Positions 9,587-18,787 of a stretch of 23,390 nt of DNA are shown here, in pieces. Numbering within the stretch: the stretch's first letter is position 1; the number at the start of each line of letters is the position of its first letter. The stretch is taken from assembly GCA_963709405.1 (NCBI GenBank), contig CAVPXM010000095.1, positions 1 to 23,390 on the forward strand, read 5' to 3'. The notes beneath the pieces are model-generated. The model was not told where the DNA came from and did no database searches. It saw only the letters and a list, made by a program, of their open reading frames with translations. Source of the DNA: an uncultured Nitrososphaerales archaeon. GTDB taxonomy: Archaea; Thermoproteota; Nitrososphaeria; Nitrososphaerales; Nitrososphaeraceae. Both the position numbers and the translations under genes were made by a program.

Positions 9587-10996
9587 AATGGGAAAATTTC
9601 TACTCGACGGTGCACTCGCCAACCGCTATATTGCTCTGGAGCTGATGCTGCGACAATATTATATCCCCCAACCCTTGAAAATGATAAGCCAATAGCTATT
9701 ATGCCTAGGTTAATAGATATTAAAATTTGAGTTGAGTGAAACATAAATAGCAAAAAGAATCCAATCGTACTGATCACATTTCCTACTACAGTGATATTGA
9801 GATTTCCAAATTTAGATATAATAACACCAGCGATAGAAGATACTAAAAAAGATATAATCATAAAAGGAAGTTGAACACTTGCTGCTCCTATTGCATCACC
9901 ACCAAATCCTAATGGTTTTGGACTTCTTACCAATATTGGTATACTCTGATATACCATAAACATTGTAATGCTTATAATCATCAAGTTGATATTAGTTGGA
10001 AGTAAAATTTTATGGGTCATTAGATTAAGATTGACTAATGGAGAGGGCGATGTTGTTGTTGTGCTTGTGCTTGTGGTTTTTGCAGATGTTGTCACAACTG
10101 ACATTTTTCTTTCTATTCTTATAAAAAACAAAAGTGAAACTACAGATACAACTGAAAAGCTGATGAGTGGAATCAGATTAGAGGGATTGCTAATATTCTC
10201 CAAATCTGATAGTGCAAGCAAAAAGAAGGTTATCGTAACGGCTAATGTTACTGCACCTTTGATATCATCTAAATTAAGAAGTCTACTACTATCCGCTTCT
10301 GCTTCTGGCAATCTGCACCTGCTCATCACTTTCGTTCTCTTCGAGATTGTAATTGTTCTTGATTTAGCTTCGTGAATACACAGCAATAGTCAAAATCAGG
10401 TTTTGACTTTGGTGATTCCTGTTCTTCCTTACTAACATAAATTAATCTATGTACCATCACAATTAATGCAATAGCGATAGGTATTATCGAGAAAAAAGGT
10501 TGCGTGCCATCCAAAGTAACTGGACTATTGGTCCTCCTACTGCTAAACCCACTGCAGATCCACCTGCAAAAGTGCTTATAAAAATTCCTTGGGCCACCGC
10601 TAGTTTTTGTGGAGGAAATTGAGATCGTATGATACCAAAAGCTATTGGAAACATAGAGAGACCAACGCCCTGAATTATTCTAGCAATAAATAGAAAAGAG
10701 ATAGAAAATGCCAAACCACCTAAAGTAACACCTATGGTATAGATTATCATTATTATAAGTAGAATCTTCTTTTTTCCATAGATATCAGATAACTTACCAG
10801 CAATCGGCGTCATAACAGCACCTGAAATCAAGTATGCTGTAAGTATCCAAGATGATGTACTGTAATTAATATGAAAGTCCCTAATAATATCTGGAATAGC
10901 TGGTAGCAGCATAGTCTCTGCATGCATGGTTATAAGACCGATAGAACTTAGGATTGCAAGTGTTATCCAAGGGGACTGCTTGATCTTTGTCAGCAT
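9556..10996 (-). pseudogene. MFS (DHA2/EmrB-like) transporter, frameshifted and 3'-truncated near 9625
   Basis: Motif A GKLSDIYGKKK and ARIIQGVG, split across three frames (10484-10996, 10326-10514, 9556-10386). Homology ends at SAPEQYSG. Confidence 0.9.
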
Positions 10997-11030
10997 ATGG
11001 TTTCACATTGACATATTGATATTAGGAGAT

Positions 11031-11892
11031 CTACATTGAAAAATTTTGCATTATCATTTTTCGAAACTCCCTGTCAGGCATATTCATTCTTGCTTGTATT
11101 ATTGTAGTACCTACAGTATATCTTAGTTCTGGATTTTCGGATCTTACGGCTTGTAGTATAACCTTTGCCACTTCTTCTGGTGGAGAAGATGATGATACAT
11201 TTTCCATCATTAGTTTAAAGTGGTTCTCTACCTTTTCCATAAGTGAAAAATAAGGAGATTTTGGGTCTAAAGCTTTTTTTGGTGAAGCGCCTGAATTTAT
11301 AAGGTTAGTTCTGATAAAACCTGGTTCAATTATAACTACTCTTATTCCAAATTGCTCTACTTCATAGGCTATAGATTCTGATAATCCTTCTAGCGCAAAC
11401 TTTGAGCCCACATAGGAAGAATTGAGTGGGAGTCCAATTCTTCCAGCTGAAGAACTAATATTTACTATTGTGCCTCCTCTTTGTCTTCTCATAATAGGCA
11501 ATACTTCTTTTATAATTCTGATAACACCGAAAAAATTGGTTTCAAATTGTTCTTTGAATTCTTTAATAGAAATCTGTTCTACGGGTCCTAGTAATACATA
11601 TCCTGCGTTATTAACTAATACATCTAGCCTTTCTTGTTCACTTTCTATTTTACCAATTGCTTCTTTGACAGATCTGTCATCAGTGACATCTAGTTGAACA
11701 ACTTGCAAGCGGCAGATTTTCCCTATTGGCTATTTCTGTTATATTTTTGGATTTTTCAAGATTACGCATAGAAGCATATGTGTGAAATCCGTTCCTTGCT
11801 AAAAGAAGGGCCGTCTCAAATCCTATGCCGCTTGAGCTACCTGTTACAAGTGCAATATTTTTTTTGCCTTGCATATTCTGTATTAACCACAA
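11031..11892 (-). pseudogene. SDR-family oxidoreductase with a 1-nt insertion near 11709
   Basis: TGSSSGIG, NNAG and YVGSK catalytic motif. Two overlapping ORFs join at ENLP/LQVVQLDVTD. Same-strand neighbour of the MFS gene. Confidence 0.92.
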
Positions 11893-12100
11893 AAGATAAT
11901 TATATAAATTAGTAAGATATTCAATCCTAATCTACTAAAATAATGATGACTTGGGCATCAAAACTATAGTCGATCGATTTCAACGTGATCTCATCACCTT
12001 TTACACATCTGGTGATTTAATACTCCCTATATTTGATATATACATGAAGCAAGGGCACAATATGGTTGATTGATATATTAAGCAAACAATAAAGCTAAGC

Positions 12101-12313
12101 ATGTTCACTAATGTAGAGCATAAAAATGGAACACCTATTCGAAGACAATTATACAAATTGGAACATTTGGGCTCAGCTATGGAAAAGCATAATCAAGTAC
12201 AGTGGAGTAGAGATAAAGTACAAGAGCTTCGCAGCAAAGGATACAGCCAAAGGGAGATATCGCAAATATTGCAGATTGGATTAGCTACAGTAAATGGAGA
12301 TATATCATATTGA
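12101..12313 (+). pseudogene. HTH DNA-binding protein fragment
   Basis: WSRDKVQELRSKGYSQREISQILQIGLATVNGDISY*; the ORF stops right after the HTH. Confidence 0.7.
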
Positions 12314-12395
12314 GAAATGTATATACTGGTCAGTTAAAGAGTATTTTACATACGAACCTTTTGTAGAAGCCATCTTAGTCTTCATTTTCCCCATC

Positions 12396-12745
12396 TTAGT
12401 ACTGATCAATTAATTGTTCAGCTACTGTTACAAAAAGGCCCAAATTTTGCATTAATTCTCGCCATGAGTTTTCACCCATTTGTCGCTTTACTTTGCCCTG
12501 AATTTCATTCCAGAGAGGAAGAGCTTTGGCTACAGCGCTACGTCCTTTTTGAGTAGCTGTCACAATTCTCGTTCGGTGGTCTTTTCCCGATGAGATCTTG
12601 ATAAAACCCTGTCTCTCCAAGACAGACAGATTTCTAGTAAGGGTCGTCCTATCCAGCCCTTGCTGCTTAGCAAGATCAGAAATTTTTATCGAGTCATTGT
12701 TGCAGATGGCGTCTAGTAAGACGAGTTGCGGGATGCAATACACTA
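12396..12745 (-). pseudogene. MarR-family regulator lacking its native N-terminus
   Basis: ISDLAKQQGLDRTTLTRNLSVLERQGFI..DHRTRIVTATQKG..ALPLWNEIQ. The upstream ~95 codons of the 209-aa ORF are not MarR-like. Confidence 0.85.
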
Positions 12746-12972
12746 GTGTATGTAATCCATTATTGACTGAGGTTTTCAAATAAAGTACAGATAGTAGAAT
12801 AATTGGCTCTTGGAACAGTTTATATACGTAAGAGTTAGCCGATGAACCGTTGGAGAGGTATAATATGTCAACGACAAACAACAGTACATTGATTGAATTA
12901 TAAGAGTATGCTATTTTGGGTTCTGCTAACCTCTCCCTGGACATATAACTATCTGTTAACTGAGGTACATGA

Positions 12973-13152
12973 TTATTCATGAGATTTCCATTTGAAACTT
13001 GCTCGTATAAGAAAAGGTTGATCACATTTTGGACATATTTCTCGTCCCATCATTGTTCCCTCTAGCTTGTACTGGCTCGAATCTTTAAATCGAAGAGTTT
13101 TTGAAGGAAATTCGTTCTTACAATGCGAACAAGTTACGGGAAATAAGATAAA
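12973..13152 (-). CDS. C4 zinc-ribbon microprotein (no canonical start found)
   Basis: HFILFPVTCSHCKNEFPSKTLRFKDSSQYKLEGTMMGREICPKCDQPFLIRASFKWKSHE*. Confidence 0.6.
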   Translation of the reverse strand, partial: FILFPVTCSHCKNEFPSKTLRFKDSSQYKLEGTMMGREICPKCDQPFLIRASFKWKSHE

Positions 13153-13269
13153 GTGCTATATATGATTAATTTTTTTCGAATAGCTTCCAAGTGTTCTGAT
13201 AAGCGTGATGCACAAACTTTCAATGATGCATACAAGAGTCCTTAATACAGAAGAATCCAAAGAACCTGA

Positions 13270-13395
13270 CTATAATGGTTCTGTCTCCATATGTTCACCG
13301 CTGTGACATACTGGACAGTCGTTGTTTTGTCTGAATCTTACATCGAAAACTATTCCACACTTTACGCAAACGTGTACGTTTTGTACCACATTCAT
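13270..13395 (-). CDS. 41-aa C4 zinc-finger microprotein
   Basis: MNVVQNVHVCVKCGIVFDVRFRQNNDCPVCHSGEHMETEPL*. TATA TTTTAAAT lies 25-32 nt upstream (13420-13427). Confidence 0.75.
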   Translation of the reverse strand: MNVVQNVHVCVKCGIVFDVRFRQNNDCPVCHSGEHMETEPL

Positions 13396-13577
13396 ATACC
13401 TCAGATATTGTAATTAAGCATTTAAAACAGGGTTTCAAAAAAGACAGTGGAAAATTATTCAGATAGATAAATAATGGTTAGTAAACAACAAGCACATAAT
13501 CATTATCCTTCTCTTCCTAAATCCTATAAACCCAATTCTTGATTACGCGGATCATTTCTGAAGACTACAGCATCTAG

Positions 13578-14827
13578 CTAGTCTTTATCTATTTGACTAT
13601 CATAATATCTTACTTCTACATCCTTTGAGTTTTTATGCTCATCTTTTCTTAGATCAATAAGATAAGCTGCTGGCGCTACATCTTTTATTATTCCAGAGGT
13701 CTCATTATAACCCTTAAATTTAACAAAAGCACCTGGAGGTCTTGAGACAGGAAATGGTAATGCAGCAATAGCTGAAGAATATTTTGTTCCTATAACGTTT
13801 AATGGAAGTTGCATCCCATCTTTTTCCTCCTCTTTAGATATCCATTCAAATTTGTTTTTAATCATATTTTGATAGTCATATGATCTAAGCTTCCTTCCAG
13901 ACTCAACGTGATTAACAATATCTATCTGAATAAATCTAGCAATAGTTGTTAGGGAAGTTAATGGCTTGTATTTGTCACGTAATGTACAAAACAATAAAAG
14001 TAAATTGTATGGAAGTATTAACGCTGGTGATAACCAGTAGATAACTCCTGCCAAGGGATTATCATTTCTCTCTGCAGTCTGCAATATGTAATTGATAATA
14101 AATTCATAGCTTTCATGCATGCTGCTGTCTTCTGTAATATCTCTTAGACCTACTGTTGATTTTGATCTGCCTGGTAATTCAATATCAATATGGGAATATC
14201 CATGAAAATTATCAGATCTAATCCTTAATCCTTTCGAGATGTCACGATATTGCATTTTGAACCTAGTTACTCCAGTTCTAAGAACCATCAATCTCATATT
14301 TACTGTCTCGCTTGGAGTTAACGGCATGTTAGCCACTGCATAAATACGATGACTTTTTGCTTTTTTCCTTATGTCAAGATCTAATGCATTCTTATCGTAA
14401 GTTATCCTTGCATATCCATAGCTAAAATCAGAATTCTGTAAAGGATAGAGTACTTGGATGTCTGTATCAGAAAGATAATTGAAAGACAGATAGTTATTAA
14501 ATGTGAATTCTTTAATTTAAGTTACAGCAAGTATTCTGTATTGAAAAGCTCGTAAGTTTATAATGTCTCTGTAAGGTAAAAAGATGACTTCATTTTTAGC
14601 AATCTTGTTATTGGTGGTCGCAGCAGGTTGTATTTGAGCTAAACTAATTGAGTTAACTACTATCTTAGTGTCCGCTTCTCTGAGTATGACAGTCTCGTAA
14701 CTTTTCCTTCAATCATTTGTCTATCGTCTTCTAGCCAACCTAGAACATTACCACAGATTTTGCATCGTAGCCATGTGATCTTGACACTTTTCTTTTCATA
14801 GTCAAGTTGATGACCAGAACAATGCAT
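13578..14827 (-). pseudogene. Cryptic ~416-aa protein: N-terminal Zn ribbon plus a central TumE/DUF7718-like motif
   Basis: ATG 14827 MHCSGH..RCKICG. A probable 1-nt deletion in the A-run at ~14702-14705 and an in-frame TAA at 14517-14519 lead into the 252-aa ORF, which contains FKMQY..LRIRSDNFHGYSHIDI. Confidence 0.6.
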
Positions 14828-15012
14828 TAAATTATACAATATGTATGCTTATGGCATTATAATACCTTTGTAACAAACTAATTCATTCAGTATGTCATTC
14901 AAGAATTGAATTGAAAACATCAAAACCATGTTTTAGTAGTGCATGTTTTGTTACGGTGATTATGTCAAAGTCATCATCGAGTGCTATTATTGGGATCTAG
15001 ATATAGTTACAT

Positions 15013-15203
15013 CATATGATAAAGAAAAATATCGTGACCTATTGCTTGATGCTGCTGAACCAGTGTTAGGGTATTTTGGATTTGATGGCTCTGTTTACAG
15101 AAGATCTGAGAACAGAGGGATTAGAAGCAGCAAACAGAAGAAATGGTGGAACGAATTGAGAGAGGAAAGAATAAAAGATGTTGAAACTGAAAGAGACAAC
15201 TGA
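15013..15203 (+). pseudogene. Family B DNA polymerase extreme C-terminal remnant (second copy)
   Basis: YDKEKYRDLLLDAAEPVLGYFGFD..KKWWNELREERIKDVETE is homologous to 5723-5875, and is followed by a T-rich tract. Confidence 0.7.
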
Positions 15204-15249
15204 GGGTTTTTTCCTTTCATCATTAAATACTATGCTACTACTAACACTG

Positions 15250-15447
15250 CTATGGCCTTATGTTGTATATCGTCGCAGTGTTTATTCGATACTGTATTAG
15301 ATCTCTAGACCTTTCCATATTTCTATATATTCTATCTCTATTCGCAAGGTCAATTTTTTGTTTATTTGCGTACTGAAACAGATCCGCTATCATATATTGG
15401 AAAGATTCTACCAAATCCTCATAGAACTTTTTATATTTCAGAACCAT
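15250..15447 (-). CDS. Hypothetical 65-aa helical protein (possibly truncated)
   Basis: Coding-like amphipathic sequence, co-oriented downstream of 15485-15886. Confidence 0.5.
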   Translation of the reverse strand: MVLKYKKFYEDLVESFQYMIADLFQYANKQKIDLANRDRIYRNMERSRDLIQYRINTATIYNIRP

Positions 15448-15484
15448 TTTATATTCTTCTATTTATGCGAGTTTGACCGAGTAT

Positions 15485-15886
15485 TCATCGTTCAAAATCA
15501 GCTGCACCTGGTTTATGATCTAGGTATTTACTCAACCAATCTAATGCATTTCTGTCTTCTTGTGAAAGCATGTTTCTAGACTCGTATGTAACTTGTTCTT
15601 TCCTGTCTATGCTTCTTAAGGCTAATACTTGCAAAATCGCATAAACGACCTGAAATTTATCGGCATTTAGCTTACGTGTATTGTTTATTCCTCGTGCTAT
15701 TTTGGTAATATCTTTTATGTCTGGCCGAGCCATATCGAAAGCCTTCAACAGGTCTTCTTGTTTACTTATATCAGATAGCTCTTGTTTATGTAAACCTTCT
15801 AACCAGCTAAATAGACCATTGACTGATTGTGGATTAGTAAGAAGCGTTTGTATCGCTTGTTTTATATGCATAAATTCATCTGACAT
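15485..15886 (-). CDS. Hypothetical 133-aa helical protein
   Basis: Intact ORF with coding-like composition. TTATAAAT lies about 25-32 nt upstream. Confidence 0.7.
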   Translation of the reverse strand: MSDEFMHIKQAIQTLLTNPQSVNGLFSWLEGLHKQELSDISKQEDLLKAFDMARPDIKDITKIARGINNTRKLNADKFQVVYAILQVLALRSIDRKEQVTYESRNMLSQEDRNALDWLSKYLDHKPGAADFER

Positions 15887-15919
15887 TAGAATTGTATGTT
15901 TACTATGGTCATTTATAAT

Positions 15920-16072
15920 TTATTTCTTAATAGGATGAGCCTGTATCCACATATCAATCGCTTCTTCTAATGCCTCACTAATATTCCCCTTTCTCAATCC
16001 CTTGTGATCGGCAATAGTTTTCCTAAATCCCTCTTCCAGCTCATCGTCGATAACGACATTCATTCTCGTCAT
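15920..16072 (-). CDS. 50-aa ribbon-helix-helix (CopG/MetJ-like) DNA-binding protein
   Basis: MTRMNVVIDDELEEGFRKTIADHKGLRKGNISEALEEAIDMWIQAHPIKK*: alternating beta strand, helix, G-x-S-helix. Confidence 0.85.
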   Translation of the reverse strand: MTRMNVVIDDELEEGFRKTIADHKGLRKGNISEALEEAIDMWIQAHPIKK

Positions 16073-16271
16073 ATTATTAATATCAGATAGTTAAGTATAT
16101 TGATGGCGCAAACCCTTCATTTATTAGATCTTTGAAAATACAGATTGGTGAGAACGCCGAATAAAGTAATTAGAAGATAGGGCTTTAAGATACCCTTAAT
16201 GCCGTCACGGTAGCTAGACCAGTATCTAAATCAGATAACTAAACTAAACTAGTCTGAGAAGGTCAACGCGC

Positions 16272-16296
16272 AAAGGAGGCTAATTCTAGCCTTTTT
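16272..16296. terminator. Hairpin with flanking A/T tracts
   Basis: AGGCTA-ATTC-TAGCCT (16277-16292) followed by a T-run. It lies just downstream of the - strand C2H2 gene. Confidence 0.4.
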
Positions 16297-16311
16297 GGAG
16301 TTAGATTTAAT

Positions 16312-16425
16312 CTAAGTCTGATTAGGGTCAGCGTGACGGGTTTCGATATGCTCTCGAAGGTTTTCTATATATTCATTACAATCTAGACAGTAGTTCTTGC
16401 CGTCACGATATTCTATTCTAGCCAT
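16312..16425 (-). CDS. 37-aa C2H2 zinc-finger microprotein
   Basis: MARIEYRDGKNYCLDCNEYIENLREHIETRHADPNQT* (Y-C-x2-C...L-x2-H-x4-H). TTTAAA lies 28-33 nt upstream. Confidence 0.8.
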   Translation of the reverse strand: MARIEYRDGKNYCLDCNEYIENLREHIETRHADPNQT

Positions 16426-16428
16426 ACA

Positions 16429-16590
16429 TTATGAAATAATTTTCATTCGTGGTTTAAATCTTGCGTTTCTTGGCCATTTTAAAAATATGCAACATACTTG
16501 ACATCTTTTAGCCGCAGATTGATAATTAGATTCGTGATACCCCTTAATGGATTTATGACGAATACATATACCATTACATATAGTAGCCAC
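16429..16590 (-). pseudogene. Thaumarchaeal Cys-rich metal-binding small protein with an internal deletion
   Basis: MATICNGICIRHKSIKGYHESNYQSAAKRCQVCCIFLKWPRNARFKPRMKIIS*. Matches the CxGxC..KRCQxC..W family but lacks the CPCCG segment normally between W and PRN. Confidence 0.7.
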
Positions 16591-16665
16591 TACTTCATTC
16601 GAGATTGTTATAGAGAACTTTTATTTAAGATTAAAGAGACCTAGAGACAATAGTGGAAAAAGCAA

Positions 16666-17070
16666 CTCTGTTGCATAAATCATTTTATTCCTTCATACAT
16701 TGTCTATACCTCTCTACATTATCGTAGCAAACATGTTATACAGTGACGCTTTTAGGATCAATTCCTTGGCCATGTTCTGAAAGTTTCTTGCAGTAACATA
16801 TTCGCCAAATGTTCTTTTAATAGACGAGAATACTGTTTCTGCCGTCCACCTTTGTCCATAGCTCACGCTATGTTTCCATCTTTTGAGATTTGTTTGTTGT
16901 CTCATTACAGACATATTCCTTGCTTGACAGTTGCTTGTCTTGACCTTGGAATTACTTCTTGTCTTTATACCAGGTTTAATATGGTTCTTGGATAGGTATC
17001 TAAAATTCTTATTACTGTCATACATACCATCTGCTAACGCACCCTTTACATTGTTATTTGCAGACACAGA
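16666..17070 (-). mobile_element. IS5-family transposase 3' half with its terminal inverted repeat
   Basis: LADGMYDS, YGQRWTAETVFSSIKRTFGE and ELILKASLYN. End sequence CTCTGTTGCATAAATC at 16666-16681. The 5' half is missing. Confidence 0.88.
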
Positions 17071-17430
17071 CATGACGGAGAGAGAAATTCCATTGTATTG
17101 AAACTGTGGGCAGGTGCTATAGCGGCAGCAAAGACAACGCGTTCGGTATATAATGTTCAAGGAGGCCAACAACGATATACCATTGAAGAAAGGATAGTAG
17201 GTTTTGCAAAAGTCGATGTGTGGGCGAATAGTGACCAAATACTTCGTGCTGGAGTTGAGGTTGCACCTATTCTAGAACTAATTGTGCGAAAACATCATGT
17301 CATTTCTTTAGAAGGCACTGATAAGAATTCTCCATGGAATGGAATGGCAAATGTTGATTACAAATCTGTAAAGAAAGCCGATTTAGTAATATCTGACCAA
17401 GATGAATGTGATTGTAACACCAAAAAATGA
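17071..17430 (+). pseudogene. Hypothetical protein, probably 5'-truncated at the IS5 junction
   Basis: The frame is open from the IS junction to TGA 17430, with coding-like composition. Confidence 0.5.
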
Positions 17431-17609
17431 GCGTTGTTTCATATGCTAACTAGTGTCCTCAACATAAACCAATTTTGTTGCTTTCGAAATTATCTCTATC
17501 CTTCTTGAAGAAATAAAAGTATGCAAGTTGAAGTATATATCAAGCACGAAAAATGCAAATCTATCATCAAATGCAACTAAATAATGTGGTAAAAGAGGTA
17601 ACGACCTGA

Positions 17610-17741
17610 ATGAAACGCTGTATGTACTGGTCACTATCACAAGCGCCATTATTCAAACAACTTGACGACGGTAAAAACTATTACTGGACTGACTCATGTA
17701 TCTCAAGACATTATCATGAATTTGTTGAAGCAATAGAGTGA
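17610..17741 (+). CDS. 43-aa TRASH/YHS-like microprotein (degenerate Cys pattern)
   Basis: MKRCMYWSLSQAPLFKQLDDGKNYYWTDSCISRHYHEFVEAIE*. GAGGT SD upstream; the stop overlaps the next GTG. Confidence 0.55.
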   Translation: MKRCMYWSLSQAPLFKQLDDGKNYYWTDSCISRHYHEFVEAIE

Positions 17742-17884
17742 CCGCATCAGACTCTATATTTCCTGAGTGTGACTATTGTCATAGGCATAAAGATATCAAG
17801 ACCTTTATAACATGCGGTTTCTGTGGTAAGAAGATGTGTTCTGCTTGCTGTATAAATGATGCTGGAAAGTGTGTAGGAAAATGA
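17738..17884 (+). CDS. 48-aa 8-Cys B-box/AN1-like zinc-finger microprotein
   Basis: MTASDSIFPECDYCHRHKDIKTFITCGFCGKKMCSACCINDAGKCVGK*, with GTGA and ATGA overlaps at its two ends. Confidence 0.8.
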   Translation: MTASDSIFPECDYCHRHKDIKTFITCGFCGKKMCSACCINDAGKCVGK

Positions 17885-18153
17885 CTGAACCTCAACCAAA
17901 TCCAAATCCACCACCATCAATAGAAGACTTTGTTAATCTATTCTTAGAGACAAGAGTAAAGCCTATCTGGAAATGTCCTGTCTGCTTAAACCCCGTCTGG
18001 AATGATGGGCGAATACTAAAGCAAGGAAGAACCGGTCAACACATGCATACTCATACTATCCTAGAGTTTCAAAGAGAGTTAAAGTATAACCTAAGTCATG
18101 GTGTAGGTATAGGAACAGGCGAGTCACATGGATGGAAAAATGACCGAGCATAA
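17881..18153 (+). CDS. C2H2-like zinc-finger protein (90 aa)
   Basis: ATG 17881 overlaps the upstream stop. Contains WKCPVC..QHMHTH. Confidence 0.7.
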   Translation: MTEPQPNPNPPPSIEDFVNLFLETRVKPIWKCPVCLNPVWNDGRILKQGRTGQHMHTHTILEFQRELKYNLSHGVGIGTGESHGWKNDRA

Positions 18154-18520
18154 CTACAAGGTCTGGATTGTGTATCATGGCTATTACTCAGACAAGAATA
18201 TAGAACGAGTGTTTGACTCAAAGGAAAAGGCAGAGAAACATCTTAACAAGATATTATTTGGTGAGGAAGATCATTACCAAACAAGACTACAGCGAGCACA
18301 AATAGACCTTGCAGACTATGAACGCGATCCAAAACAATACATGGAGAATCACCACTTACAAGGACATGCAAAACTGTTTGATAATCCATTATACGAACGT
18401 CTAAACACTATTCATGCTAATCTACAGAGTAGTGTATTATACTGGAAAAAAGTCATATCAGGTGAACGCAAGCCAGACTCTTCAGACGATTACTATATTG
18501 AAGAATACGATGTCTACTAA
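18140..18520 (+). CDS. Virus-type hypothetical protein (DUF7336-like) with coiled-coil insertion
   Basis: KVWIVYHGYYSDKNIERVFDSKEKAEK...YYIEEYDV is a pattern common in phage and archaeal virus proteins. Confidence 0.7.
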   Translation: MTEHNYKVWIVYHGYYSDKNIERVFDSKEKAEKHLNKILFGEEDHYQTRLQRAQIDLADYERDPKQYMENHHLQGHAKLFDNPLYERLNTIHANLQSSVLYWKKVISGERKPDSSDDYYIEEYDVY

Positions 18521-18719
18521 CCTATGCCGAGTCTAGATAACTCAGGCAGACTATACCCACACTGTAGATCAGATTTACAACAGCGTTAAACCTTCTAGAC
18601 GTAAATACCCAAACTTCGGTGCTCCTACCACAGTCAGAGCAATAACATGTCACTAGGAGAAAGGGACGCACTGGATGCTATTCTGTATATCATGTGATCT
18701 CTGGAAAGTAGATGATTGA
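18510..18719 (+). pseudogene. Decayed zinc-ribbon microprotein with two in-frame TAG codons
   Basis: MSTNLCRV*...RKYPNFGAP..TCH*EKGTHWMLFCISCDLWKVDD*. Overlaps both neighbours. Confidence 0.45.
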
Positions 18720-18787
18720 CCAGTTACATATGTTTTAATTGTGGTAACGCTTGGATCGAACCACGACTATATGTCACAAGCCTGTAA
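18716..18787 (+). pseudogene. CxxCG microprotein remnant
   Basis: TTG start overlaps the upstream TGA. Reads MTSYICFNCGNAWIEPRLYVTSL*. Confidence 0.4.

Noticed and set aside
12746-13025. Novel N-terminal extension on MarR (209-aa ORF)
   Set aside because: The extension is not protein-like and overlaps a better zinc-ribbon ORF in another frame. It is most likely a chance open frame at a truncation junction.
16189-16550. CCGTCACG repeats (16202, ~16400, inverted at 16332) and GATACCC(C)TTAATG x2 as an origin or structured ncRNA
   Set aside because: Most copies fall inside the C2H2 and Cys-rich coding sequences, and pairing beyond 8 bp is poor. Chance is a sufficient explanation without covariation data.
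17071-17238. N-terminal part of the 174-aa IS5 ORF with Cys pairs
   Set aside because: It is antisense to the + strand 17071-17430 frame, and transposase similarity starts only near 17070.
18510-18719. In-frame TAG codons as amber recoding or pyrrolysine
   Set aside because: Neighbouring genes are also broken by TAA and frameshifts, TAG ends intact genes in this window, and no pyl genes are visible. Decay is simpler.
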